Source: Adineta vaga | Taxonomy: Eukaryota > Animalia > Rotifera | Reading direction: 5' to 3' | NCBI GenBank assembly: GCA_021613535.1 | Contig: CP075494.1 | Span: 2,790,001-2,854,000, forward strand | Length of the DNA stretch: 64,000 nucleotides | Shown here: piece by piece, positions 52,111-64,000 of the stretch | Layout of the letters: each line of letters begins with the position of its first letter | Numbering within the stretch: position 1 is the stretch's first letter | Notes under the pieces: model-generated | The model's database searches: none | What the model saw: only the letters and a program-made list of their open reading frames with translations | What the model was told of the DNA's origin: nothing | Made by a program: the position numbers and the translations under genes

Positions 52111-53598
52111 TTAGTTTTTCATTGAAAATAAATTGTAAATATAAAGAAGACGAGCAACTTCTCTTCGTGCACTTGATAAAGCTCCATGTGCATAACCATA
52201 AGTATCGAAATTAGTAGCTTCTCCTGCAAATAAAAGTCGATTATGAACTGGTTCAGATAAATACATTGGATCATCATAATTTTGTTCTGTTGAAATAAAT
52301 GAATATGAACCATAGGAAAATGGATCATCATACCAATTCGTAACATGAACTTCATTTGGTTGAGGAATAACAGAACCTGGAAACATTTCTTGTAAAGTTT
52401 CAATAAGTTCTTTGATTAAAATACTTCGATTTTGTATTGATAAATATTGGGGTGTTGATTTACCTGAGAAAAAACAGATAAGAGCAGGTTTATCATTCCA
52501 TTTATTAGCATTAACCCAATAATTCATTCGTGTTGGATTTGATGAAATACGTGTAAAATAAAATTGATTTGAATTCCACCAAGCCGTATTCCATATTAAA
52601 TAAACTTTTTCAAATATATTAAATCCAATTCGATCAATTGCATTGGTTTTCCATTTAGGTAATGGAGGAGAAAATTCAATTTGTTTTCTTTTTAAAACTC
52701 CTAATGGAACAGTTAGAAGAACATATTCAGCATTATAAATTTGTCCATCTTTTGTTTGTACTTCAACTGATTGATTATGAAATATTATTTTTGAAACAAT
52801 TTCATTAAATCGAATATTTGAAATTTTCTTCAATAAATAATTTGTTAATGACATAAAACCATTGTCATGAAAAATAGGTTCATCACCATAATAAACTGAT
52901 GTTAAATCAAGAAAATTTTTCGCACCAATTTCATTTAATTCGGCTCCTTCCGTATTTTCAATAATATGATTTAAATAACTATAAAAAGCATATCGTTCTT
53001 TTCTATTGAATTTCATTTTGTTAATAAATTGATTTGCATAATAACCAAGTGAATCATTTATTGAACTTATTCGTGTTTGTTCTCGTACGAAATCAATATA
53101 TTCATTAAACCAAGTATGAACATCAGAAACATTATCATTAATAGGAAAAATTTGAAGAACATCATCAAGTTGTGTTGATCGTGTTGGAAGTTTAGCTTCT
53201 CTTGCAAGATCCCATAAAGGATTTGTTAATAGACCACTTGGAATTGATCCATGAATACCATGAATCCAAGTAGCACCCATATCAAGCATATGACCAGATT
53301 GTGAACGATAAGATAAAACACGACCACCAGATCGATTTCGTCCTTCTAATAATAAATAATCAATACCTTTTTGTTCTAAGATTCGAGCAGCTTCAAGGCC
53401 AGATAAACCAGCACCGATAATTAATACTTGAGTTATTTTATTATCATTTACTTTTGTTTTTCTCGATATATCAATCTAAATGAATAATAAACCATTCATT
53501 CTTTTTTGTTTAAATCATTAATAATCACTTACACGTTGCTGCAAATGACCTTCAACTGCGGCATAAAACGCAATAAAATAAATAATATATATATTCAT
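52111..53598 (-). CDS. Flavin-containing amine oxidase (MAO/PAO family) with N-terminal signal peptide, 2 exons (53598-53533, 53475-52111)
   Basis: Motifs 'VLIIGAGLSGLEAA', 'LEGRNRSGGRV', 'DMGATWIHG', 'W..DPFSYGSYS', 'LLFAGEAT', 'HGALSS'. One phase-0 intron. Confidence 0.9.
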
Positions 53599-54952
53599 TA
53601 TGAAATATTTTCTAAAGAAAATCATCTAATCGATATTCTATTTATATATTAGTGAATATTGTTAAAAAGTGCACCATCATGCTATAAATGACGAAGCAAT
53701 TGTTCGATTAATCATTGATATTAGTTTAAGATCAATCTTAGAAATACAATTTATTTTATTTGTAAATATTTTATGTGTCTTTTATCGAAAGGATTATGTT
53801 AGTTAAGAACAATGACATTGCACTTCAAAAAGTAAAATGACTCACTAAAAATACATATAAATGTCATTAAATGTGCTTAGGTATTTCGAATAACAAATAT
53901 CGATACATCAGGAACTATTTTACAAAATTTAATACTTGTAACAAGATAAGATCTATAATATTTGATCATATATATCCAAATATTTTGATTTTTTGACATT
54001 GTTTGTTAAGAACGACTATCGATTCATTAAGATCATTGGGTAGTCCGTAATTTTTCTGTTGATATTATTTTCATACCATCATGAAAATCATAAATTTTAA
54101 GATTCATTATTTGTACATATGGAAAATACGGTAGTAATTTAATAAAATGTGCTATTTTGATTCCTCCGAGTGTCAAATCTCGAACTTTCGTCTTTGCTTT
54201 TATGAATTGAGAACAAAGATATTCCGAGACTGTAGGCATATCATCATCTATAAATAAATATTTCTCGTGAAATGAATGTAATTGAAATAAACGAAGTTTT
54301 GGGAAAGAAGATAATGAATAATCGACAAATAATTATTCGTTTCCTATATAGACGTAAGTGGCAAAATTTCATCGTAATAGTGTCGTCATTAGGAAAAACC
54401 GTTGAAACTAACGTACGTATTGTAGAGAAGAAGAAAAGGAAATGACAATTTTCTTTTTTCTTTCGATGTATTTTTCAAAGATTTCCTTCATAAATATAGA
54501 TTAATGATTAATTAATATTGTTGATAATTTATTATTACATCGAAGTTCAAAAAATCATAATATGTCATTACCATGACAACGACATATATATTGAAAATCC
54601 AAGCACTTTATTATAAGTTTATTTTATTTTAGTTGTTTATTAGAGCATACTGATTGACATGACAAAAAAAATTCAAAAGTATGAATAAAATAATGCAACC
54701 AGTTGTATTTAGATAATTATGAATTTTCTTGTTTTATCTTCTTTTCATAAGGTCTAATTGATAGTTTTTTTAAACTAATTTTTTATCACTATTGATAATA
54801 AAAGATAGCAAGCAGAACTTGTGACATTGACTTATGAAATTCTCTCCTTGAAAAGAAGACATATAATAATTCTTGCAGATTATCTTACAATATTCATATA
54901 TTTTTTATTAACACATTCTATTAAAAAAAAATACACACGGAAGATAATCATC

Positions 54953-55963
54953 ATGACATTAATATTCGATGCTCAACAATTTACAATCTACGTTGGTTTC
55001 TTCTTTCTTATAGTAGGTGTTATTGGTAATGGAATGAATATTTTAGTATTTTCAAAAGTACGCAGATATCGTTCAACTCCTTGCACATTTTATTTTCTGA
55101 TTGGATCAATCAATAACATGCTTTATATACTATTTAATATTTCTGCTCGTATTTCAAGTGTAAGTTATGGTTTTGATTTAACCATCATGTCGCGCGCAGG
55201 ATGTAAATTACGAAACTATTTTCTTGTAATTCCTACTGTCATTGGAATGAGTTGTTCGTGTTTAGCTGCAATCGATCAATTTTTAGTCACATCAAAAAGT
55301 ATTTCTATTCGAAATTGTAGTAATATAAAACGAACACATCGAATTATTCCTATTGTTATTCTAATCAGTTTTTTACATGGAATACCACTTCTTTTCTACT
55401 ATGATATTTCATCGATTAGCAATACTTGCGTAATCATGAATGCAAATTATTATAATTATGCTTTATTTTATCTACTTGGTCTTGTTTGTGTAATACCATG
55501 TGCGATTCTGATTCTATTTGGATGGTTAACATATTATAATATTCAACAAACAAGAGTTCTTGCTGAATCACATGCTGATCGTCAATTAGTCAAAATGACT
55601 TTGGTTCAAGTCATACTTGTTGTTATCAGTCTCATTCCATATGGTATCTATACTGCTTACAGTTTGAGTACACGTGGAATTGCTAAAGATTATGATCGAC
55701 AATTGAAAGAATATTTTGCATCAACGGTTATCAGTATGACAACATATTTTTATTTTTCTGTAGGTTTAATTCATTTCACTGTTCTGATATATTTATACGT
55801 GTTATCTTTTATTTTCTAGGGAAGTTGTTACGTATTCTTGATTTCATCAAATCGTTTTCGACAAAATATCAAAGATCAAATATTCTGTTTGAAAAAACGA
55901 AATCAAATAAATCCGCATCAAACTCTAACACTTCATATTAGTTTACATCCGACAAAGAATTAA
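54953..55963 (+). CDS. Rhodopsin-like 7TM GPCR, 2 exons (54953-55759, 55820-55963)
   Basis: 'GVIGNGMNILVF', 'CLAAIDQF'; TM7 and 'SNRFR' are completed by a phase-0 intron. Confidence 0.85.
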
Positions 55964-56352
55964 TCTGAAATAGAAAACACTATTTATATATTCTCTTTTA
56001 TTTTAATTGCTCTATTTAAAAGAAAATAAAAGATCTCGTTCAGAAATTAACATAAAAGCAACGATAATCATGAACACGCATGTATGCACAGGTTTTTATT
56101 TTGTAAAGATGAAAGTAGTATAAAATCTATCTTGATAGTGTGGATGTGAGAGTATTATTACTTAAACACCCTCACCCTCGAAGTAGATCGTGGTTGTTGC
56201 CAAGAATTTTGATCTTAAAGTGAAACTTTTTGCCCTCGACTTCGTTCAAGATACGGTTAAAAAACTAAGTGATTAGAATCACACCTACCCTATTAAATTT
56301 TTATTCTTATTTTTTGACATTATTATTTGATACTTCAGTATGTAGTCTTTTA

Positions 56353-57074
56353 CTAGACATGTAAAATCACGCCCTCGATCGCTGCTGTTGTTGTAGGAGA
56401 TAATTGACATTTTTGATCGACAGATTCGAAACGAGTAATTGCAATGTCATAAGATGGTGGTGAAACCTGTGCAAGATGATTATCATTGACAATATCGTAT
56501 CGAAGGTGGAAGTGTTTCGAATAGAAAAGAAATTGTTGATACCGATAGTTTCTTATCATCTTGTTTAGAATCATTCGATTTTGATTGTTCTTAAAAGTTT
56601 TAGAAATAGACCGATAACAGCGTGGTATATAAACATACGGCAACAATTCCAGCAAGTATTTGTACACCGAGTGGGAGTGAATGAGATGAAGATGAATGAT
56701 ATACTATGGTATATCGAAATAATTTGGTTGTGTAAAATGAAATATTATGGTAGGAATGGTTACTAAAGTTTTCTCATCACAAGTATTGACTACAGTTCCA
56801 CATTCATATATCGTTTCTAGTACGAAATACTAAATAAATCATTTCAATCTTTTAGAAATTTTCTCTTACCTAGACAACACCAATAAGACGATGTTCCAAA
56901 AGAACAAGTCCTGCCTAAATGAAGGAAGAAATAATTTTATGATGAATTTTTGTGATCCTAATCAATAGTATACATACCATATGACGAACAATTTCTACCA
57001 TATACACTCGTAGATTTATTGAAAAGTAACAGAATGAGAATATAATATATAATATTACTCAATTGATTAAACAT
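56353..57074 (-). CDS. Small multi-exon protein with signal peptide, Cys-rich N-terminus and PPxY motif (may be frameshifted)
   Basis: Micro-exons give 'MFNQLS...ILILLLFN...RNCSSYG-RTCSFGTSSYWCCL-ETIYECG...C'; the C-terminal ORF has 'PPSY'. A TM-like stretch 'LGVQILAGIVAVCL' lies in another frame. Confidence 0.4.
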
Positions 57075-57777
57075 TGTATTTGAAATCAATTATCTATAAA
57101 AGAAAAGTTATTTTATAGATATTTCAATGTGAATACGAATACATTCATGATATTGCACAATATTTATCTGATAGACATTCGACTATAGACACATTATACG
57201 ATTATAAGATAAAGAGAAAACGAAATAAAAGTCTTCAAAATACTTTATCAATTAATCTTCATTTATACTTGTTTCGAATTATAACATATAGATGAATGAC
57301 ATCACTCACTTCGGTGTGACTATGACGATATTTTCTCTACATTTTAAACTCTCATCCATCCAATTTCTTTCTAGAAAGGATTAGAACTCAATAATAACAA
57401 ATACATATATTGACTCATAACACGCGACTAAATCGTTAATGCACAATAATAATGGCCACATTTTTCGCATTTAACTTCATCAATATATCGTATGCGAAGA
57501 TCATAATTATGACAATGTTCACCACTATCAAGATATTTCTGAACTACACGAGTTAAAAAAATCTATAAGAATTATCTTTTATTAGATGTTCGTATTCCAA
57601 CCAATGGTATCAAATTCTTCTTCATCGATAACGACCAGGCATGTAAATATGTCCTTAAGAATTTAACGAAAAAAAAACACACATACACGTGATATATACT
57701 ATAATCGAGGGTATATGACTGATAGGAAGAAGAAACAATGTTTACACTTGATTATTTTACATCGTTCAGTATAGTCA

Positions 57778-58640
57778 TGAAATTTGAATTAATACCAACT
57801 AAAATTCTTATTGAAATCTTTGAATATCTTACTACATATGATATTTTTTATTCATTCAATCGATTAAATAATCATTTTAATGAAATTATTCGAAGAATTC
57901 CATTACATTTAAAATTTACTAATAGTAAAAAATGTTTCTTTGATAAATTTTGTCAACTTTGATTATCAAATCCTGAAATACAAAATCAAATTTATTCATT
58001 AGAATTATCCAATAAAGAAACATCAGATCAAATAAAAACATTCTTGTCACTTTTTTCATTACATGATTTTCATTATCTTCATTCATTAACATTAATTCAA
58101 ATTCCAGATACTATTCTACAAAATATAACATTTATATTATCACAATTACATTCCTTTCATTTAATTGATTCCAATGAGATTTATTTAAATATTTCATTCA
58201 AATCTAATTTACAAATTTTATCAATTCCAACATTATCATCAATTACAAATCTTACAATATCTGGCTGTTCACTTGATCAATTACTTTCTTATGTATTCAA
58301 ATATGTACCAATGTTAATTCATCTTAATATTGAATATTTTTCCAATTATTATTCTTGGAAACTAAATAATTCAGATAATGATAAATACATTTGATCGTGT
58401 TAAACATGTAATGGTATATCATAAAGTAAATAGAGAATCATATGAATATTATCTCATTTTGAAATTGAAACTTCACGTGTATTATTAGAAGTTTTACAAT
58501 CATTACCAAAACTATCATCATTAATGATGAATTATCGTAATTTCGTACATTTTACATCTAATAAAGAATTATGCGAATATTTAAATAAAACGATTAAGAA
58601 ATTAGATATTTATAAATATCATTCATCTTTATTTAAATAT
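57778..58640 (+). pseudogene. F-box protein pseudogene
   Basis: 'KFELIPTKILIEIFEYLTTYDIFYSFNRLN' F-box. In-frame TGA at 57960; later fragments are broken. Confidence 0.65.
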
Positions 58641-59118
58641 CCTTATGAAATAATAGATTTGTGTCAAATATTTTGAGGGTGTGGGTGAGATTGATGAGTA
58701 TATAAGTACATTTTTGTACAATCAAATGAAGATTTCGGTGCAAAAAGAATTGTACTATTTCTATGGGACGACTAAAAAGAGAGAGAATGTTGAAAGCGTT
58801 TTCTGCTCTATGCAGTTTCCTTGTATAATAAAAAGATACAGTACGAAATGAAGTGACTGAAGATACGAGCAAGAAGGAATAGTTCAATCGGATGCTTCAG
58901 GTGAATACACATAATTTGGCTTCCTAGTGGAGAGTGAGAGAGCATATGAGTGTGTACTATTTCGACGTCCATACCCATATTTACATCCTCAAGATCGTGA
59001 TAAAATAGATTGATCAAGAACACTTTTATATTTTAAAAATTATAAAAGACCTTCTACTCAGTTAACTCTTGTTTATTGCGAATGTCAACAAAAAAAATTA
59101 TTCTAAAAAATTGAATGT

Positions 59119-59298
59119 TTACTGTATTCGAACCATTGTTTGAAAACATTGAGTAATACGACGTTGTCCTAAACAAGGATCACAGCAGAGTTGTTCAACA
59201 CAACGACATACTGGAACACATATTGGTGGTGATGGTGGAGGACAACACGGAGGAGGAGGAGGAGGACAACACGGAGTGATACTTTGACCAAAAATCAT
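59119..59298 (-). CDS. Small Cys/Pro-rich peptide (start uncertain)
   Basis: 'PCCPPPPPPCCPPPSPPICVPVCRCVEQLCCDPC': strongly non-random composition in AT-rich DNA. Confidence 0.5.
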   Translation of the reverse strand: MIFGQSITPCCPPPPPPCCPPPSPPICVPVCRCVEQLCCDPCLGQRRITQCFQTMVRIQ

Positions 59299-60551
59299 AT
59301 TAATTTTATTTGCTGTTGTTGATATTGTTATTGAAAGAAAACATATGCAGATGGGACTTATATAGTTTGATACATGTTTGGTTGTGGGTGTGGGTTTTTT
59401 CAAGATATTATCCTAAATTACATATAGATTGCGTAAGAATTAATTACTTACTAATGATGAATATAATGACGCAATATTATCTATGAATCATGAAAGAAAA
59501 TAAATCAAATGCTTATTATTTCGAAGGTCATGCTTTATTCTTATCAATTGATGTTCTTGCACAATAGAATGGTAAGAGAAAAAAAAATTTTACAAGTCGA
59601 TCATCGATATATTTATTCGTTTGTATTCATAAAAATAAAAATGAGGTTAAAATATTTGATTTTCGTTGATAATCTTTCGTTTGATCCATTACATTTCATT
59701 TCTGTACACTATGCAATACGTGCAAATAAAGATTCTACTGTTTTATTTGTATTTTTATCATCTAATATTCAAATTTATCAAGGAGAAAAGTGTAGACACC
59801 TGAACATTTGTAAGTGTTAGTAGGTGCTGTCCATATTTGACCTGAATTTTGCGCCCTTGTGGGCTATGAAATCTTTCTTTCTTCTGATAAAATAGAAACT
59901 TTCAAGATTCTGTCTTACGCCTTATTAGCATCTTGAACTGATGTCATCGACAAGTTTTCATTAGAGACAAAAGTCATTTCTTAAAAAACACTACATGATC
60001 TGTAAGAGGATCAGTCGAGAAGATAAATTATTAATACTGAAGATCTTTTGTAACTTCAATTCAATGATTTTACTGTTAAAATGACATTAGTATTTGACGA
60101 GAAAACTCAGAAAATTCCTAAAAAATGATAACCACTCCTTATCAATCTTCGCTATAATTCTACATGATGGCAAACTAAAATTCGTGACCAGATTTAGATC
60201 TTTCTAGGGTAACTTGAACAATATTGTACGTTGTTCCTTGCAATTCACTCATAGATATCGCAGAATTCTTCTATTGTTGTCCCATACACTGAGAATATTA
60301 ATTAGCAAACTGATATCGTCATGTGTGACTACAAAGACTTTATCACCATTGATGTGACAAATCTTAGATCTCTCAAAACGCTGAAGTATAGTCACAATTT
60401 AGTACTCAGTTCAATTCACAACAACAAATTGATCTTTATTTGTATATAACGAAGAGAAATATCAAAGAGCAGAATGTAACATTGTCCGTATGAGCAATAA
60501 TATTCACATCATCTATATCTTTCATCATAGTTAACTTATCTTTTGTCTTGA

Positions 60552-61253
60552 TCAATTCGTATAAGCAACAGCAGCAGATTGAAAATTTTCAGCTTCTTCA
60601 CGTCTTTTCTTTTGTATCTCATTTTTAACAAATTTGACCGAAAGAAATGTAAAAACACCAGTAATCAAGACCGATGCACCACCAGCAGAAAGTAGAGCAA
60701 TAGCTGCAATAACACTTGGCTGTTCCCATTGAGCAACCGATGGATTTCTAGTATCATACCAACATGAATATGTAGAGCCATTCTAAATAAGATAACAAAT
60801 TTCGATTGATATGCTATCTTTCCCCATGATACGGCCGGTTGCTATAGTATATTAAAAGATATAGATCGACCTTGCTCGTATCTATCATTTAAACAAATCT
60901 CATTCGGTATATCATCTTACTTTGAATTCTTGTGATCTTGTAAGTGCATTTGCATAGTCTCGATATCGATTATCTTCTTCTACTGTAGCGAATACAGTAT
61001 AGTTGTCTCCATGATGTGCTTCCCATAACCCACCATAACACGTATATCTACTGTTTCGTGTTGCACATTCATAGGTTTTGACTGAACTTGAGTTAACTAA
61101 ACACGTACTAATTGCATAGTTCACAACTTTGGGGTTTGTTTGCACGTATATAACAGTACCTATCGTGAAAAATATAATCACGGACGCTAAACCAAGTGAG
61201 GCAAGGACAATACAAACAATTGCCTTAGGATCTTTGATACAACATTGTCGCAT
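60552..61253 (-). CDS. Two-TM protein with Cys-rich extracellular loop (topology like the BK channel beta subunit), 2 exons (61253-60921, 60782-60552), 187 aa
   Basis: In-frame phase-0 splice gives TM1, a loop with 4 Cys ending 'YSCWYD..NP', then TM2. Confidence 0.7.
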
Positions 61254-62116
61254 CGAATAATGAAAGACTCTAGAATGAAAAATGATATTTTTCTAGCAAC
61301 TCATTCTTTTCGTCGCGAGAAAAAAACAAGTCGACGCGTTTGATGACGTTATATATAGGGGTATGATTCATATGAAGGGAAAACGTGTTGCGAAGGTAAA
61401 TGTACTAAGCAAACAGAAGTTAACAGGGCGCAAAATAAAGGACTGATTATTCAATTTAAAGTTATACTGACATACTATAGAGAAATTATTGCGATGCTAT
61501 GGCAATCGGTTGCAAACATTTTCCATTCCTTCTCATGCACAGCTAGAGATCGCACTTTTTCACAAACTTCTGATACACACCATTTCATCTATTCTGTTTT
61601 CTTTTATTTTTCTCCGTTCTCTTTCATCTTGTCCTTCGTTCTTTAAATCACTTGGTTGTGATGACAAAGGGCGATATGAGTCATCAACGTCAAGTACAAG
61701 CATTCTTGTAAAGAAATATAGCAAAATATACCAAACTCCTACTGACACATCAGAAAACTCAAAATGTTTTATTCACATCATTGACAGTCGCAATCCCAAC
61801 AAATGAATTAGACAAGAGTCATCTGGAAATGACATTGTTTCTACCCAACAACCACATTTCCAACATAAGAAAGAAATGAAGTCATTTAACATACAGCGGA
61901 GCGGCGTGAAACAATTTGCCATGACACGTGTTTCGATCTTGTTTAAGGATTTCATCAGATGGCATAATCTAAATGGATTGAAATATTCTGTATAGATTTA
62001 TCTTACTTTTTAGAGGGTATATTTATGGTTGAAAATTGTTTTCATCTCGTATTAGAGATGGTGATAAGTATTTTTACAAAACATTATTCTTTAGTTAAAA
62101 ACAAAATAATCATTTA

Positions 62117-62363
62117 CAGGGTGAGGGTGTGGGTGTCAGACGGATGTAGTACTCACAACGATCTCTCTAGTAAAAGGTTATGTACAAGCCGGTATAGGGT
62201 GGATGTGGGTGTGGGTGTGAGTGAGTGTCTGCGTTTTTCTATTTACACACCCACATCCTCAATGATCGAACATACGTTGTTGATTATAAATTTGCTTAAA
62301 ACATCGATGCAGAAAATAACATTTCAGCTAAATAAAATTATCTTCACCCACACCCACACCCTG
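62117..62363. repeat. Nested inverted telomere-like (TGTGGG/CCCACA) motifs
   Basis: Outer pair CAGGGTGAGGGTGTGGGTG...CACCCACACCCACACCCTG, with an inner pair at 62196-62260. Confidence 0.6.
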
Positions 62364-62768
62364 TTTACTAGTAGATAAAACAATAATCAAACAAATGAAC
62401 TTGTTGATGTTTCTATCAACAGTTCAAACACAATCATGGACAAATGTTTATACATGTTATATAAAAAGAATGAATAAATAAAATTTTCTTTATGCAAATA
62501 GTTGTGTAACATGATATTCCAATTCACATATTGCTTTCATCTAAACGTTTTATTGTTCTCGCTGATGTATAAAGAAAAGTGAATCTTTGGACGTATACAG
62601 AGTTTAATTGATCAAGATTAATTTATAAGAAGATGAAAACAAGAAAAAGAACTACAATTGCCTGTAATAAACTGTGATTATAAAATAAAAGTAAAAAAAT
62701 CATAAAGTGCGCTTTGGATTATACTCTTGATATCTGATTCTTATCGAACGATTACATTTAGAAAAAAA

Positions 62769-64000
62769 ATGTCCGAACAAAAGGCAAATGGTAAATCGGT
62801 ACATATTTCTGCATCCAAAATATCTCCGGCAATTGAAAGTAAATATCGATTAGACTTTTTTTAGATTCATTCTCGATTCTTTAGATCCACAACGAGTGTC
62901 ATGTCGATTAGATTGGGCTGAATCATCTTGGATAAGATGGATACAAATACCATTGTTTCTATGGCTATCACCCATTCTCTCTCTGGCTAATAAACGTTCT
63001 CTTGTTGAAAATGATCTTAATGATCTTTCTCTCAATGATAAATGTGGAATTATATTAAACAGAGTAAATCAATATAATTCTAAATGGCCTGGTGCATGGA
63101 AAATATTTCGAGGAATATTCTATAAAGATTTTCTGACAAGTATCTTACTGGTTTTTCCACTCACAATGGCTCGTATATCACAACCATTACTTATTCGTCA
63201 GTTGACTATTTATATTAAAGATCAATCAGGATTACCTGTTTATTCTGGTTATTTATTTGCTATTGCTCTTTACATTGCTGTACTCGTACAAGCAACTTGT
63301 CAACAACAGATTATGTTTCGAAATGTACGTATAGGAACTCGAATTCGTAATGTATTCTCATCCGTTATCTATCAGCGCTTATTAAATATCAATACGGCAG
63401 CTCTTCATAAGACGACTGCTGCTCAGACGATTAATTTAGTATCAAATGATGCAAATAAATTTGCAGAATTAAGTATTTTTATTCATGCTTTAATAATGGT
63501 ACCTTTGGAAGTCTTTGCAACATTTGGTCTTTTATGGTGGAACATTGGTCTACCAACTTTATTCGGTTATGCAGTATTAATTTCAATAATACCAATACAG
63601 GCCATGTTCAGTCGACTGTTCGGTAAATATAGAAAAGGTACAATGTCATACACGGATAAACGTGTTCAAACGATCAATGAACTTGTTAATGGATGTCAAA
63701 TTATAAAAATGTACAATTGGGAAAAAGCTATGGAGCAACGAGTATGCGAAACACGTCGATTGGAACTTTCAAATATTCGAAAAGCGAGTAGTTTGAGGGC
63801 TCTTAATGTTGCTATATCTTTTGTAACAATACCTTTAGTTTCTCTTGCTACATTTGGAGGTAGTTGGCTTATCAAACGTACTTTACTACCAGAGAATATT
63901 TTTTCAACATTAGCTTTCTTTTCAATGGTTCGAGTTCCATTAACAATTACAATGCCATATTTCATTGAAAAATTTAGTGAAGCTCGAATTTCTGCAAGAA
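62769..64000 (+). CDS. ABC transporter subfamily C (MRP4-like), 5' part; runs off the window
   Basis: Exon 62769-62790 plus exon from 62885. TMD1 motifs 'WLSPIL...L.ENDL', 'INLVSNDA', 'TDKRVQTINELVNG.QIIKMY.WEK'. Confidence 0.85.

Noticed and set aside
61489-62378. Several 60-117 aa ORFs, plus antisense ORFs over the GPCR, ABCC and oxidase genes
   Set aside because: No recognisable motifs or splice structure; they overlap repeats or real genes in another frame or on the other strand.
1-64000. rRNA, tRNA or prokaryotic operon features
   Set aside because: None recognisable by eye; pervasive spliceosomal introns show the contig is eukaryotic.

Overview
AT-rich eukaryotic (invertebrate) DNA with many ~45-75 bp GT-AG introns. 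The gene content and TGTGGG/TGAGGG telomere-like motifs suggest a bdelloid rotifer (inference, no database search). The left third holds two GPCRs, a 26-exon F-box/LRR gene built from phase-0 84-nt exons, a Zn-knuckle-macro-PARP gene, a secreted 8-Cys CBM19-like peptide and a large multi-pass membrane protein ending in FG-GAP repeats. The middle is a tandem GPCR array (2 intact copies plus 1 remnant) whose spacers carry four DNA transposons. One is a non-autonomous Helentron-type element. Nested inside it is a 13.36-kb foldback Mutator (Rehavkus/FB-NOF-like) element with a 9-bp TSD, 1,564-bp apparently identical TIRs and ~163-bp repeat arrays. The other two are a decayed 3.76-kb relative of that element and a decayed piggyBac. 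The standout is the 13.36-kb element's intact 11-exon, ~1,294-aa ORF, which fuses a DDE transposase to SIM-like acidic repeats and a USP-fold Cys/His/Asp protease domain. The two divergent MULEs also share the same end motifs and repeat spacing. The right third holds a VC0807-like membrane protein, a Tc1/mariner MITE, a secreted flavin amine oxidase, a GPCR, small genes and pseudogenes, and the 5' part of an ABCC transporter.
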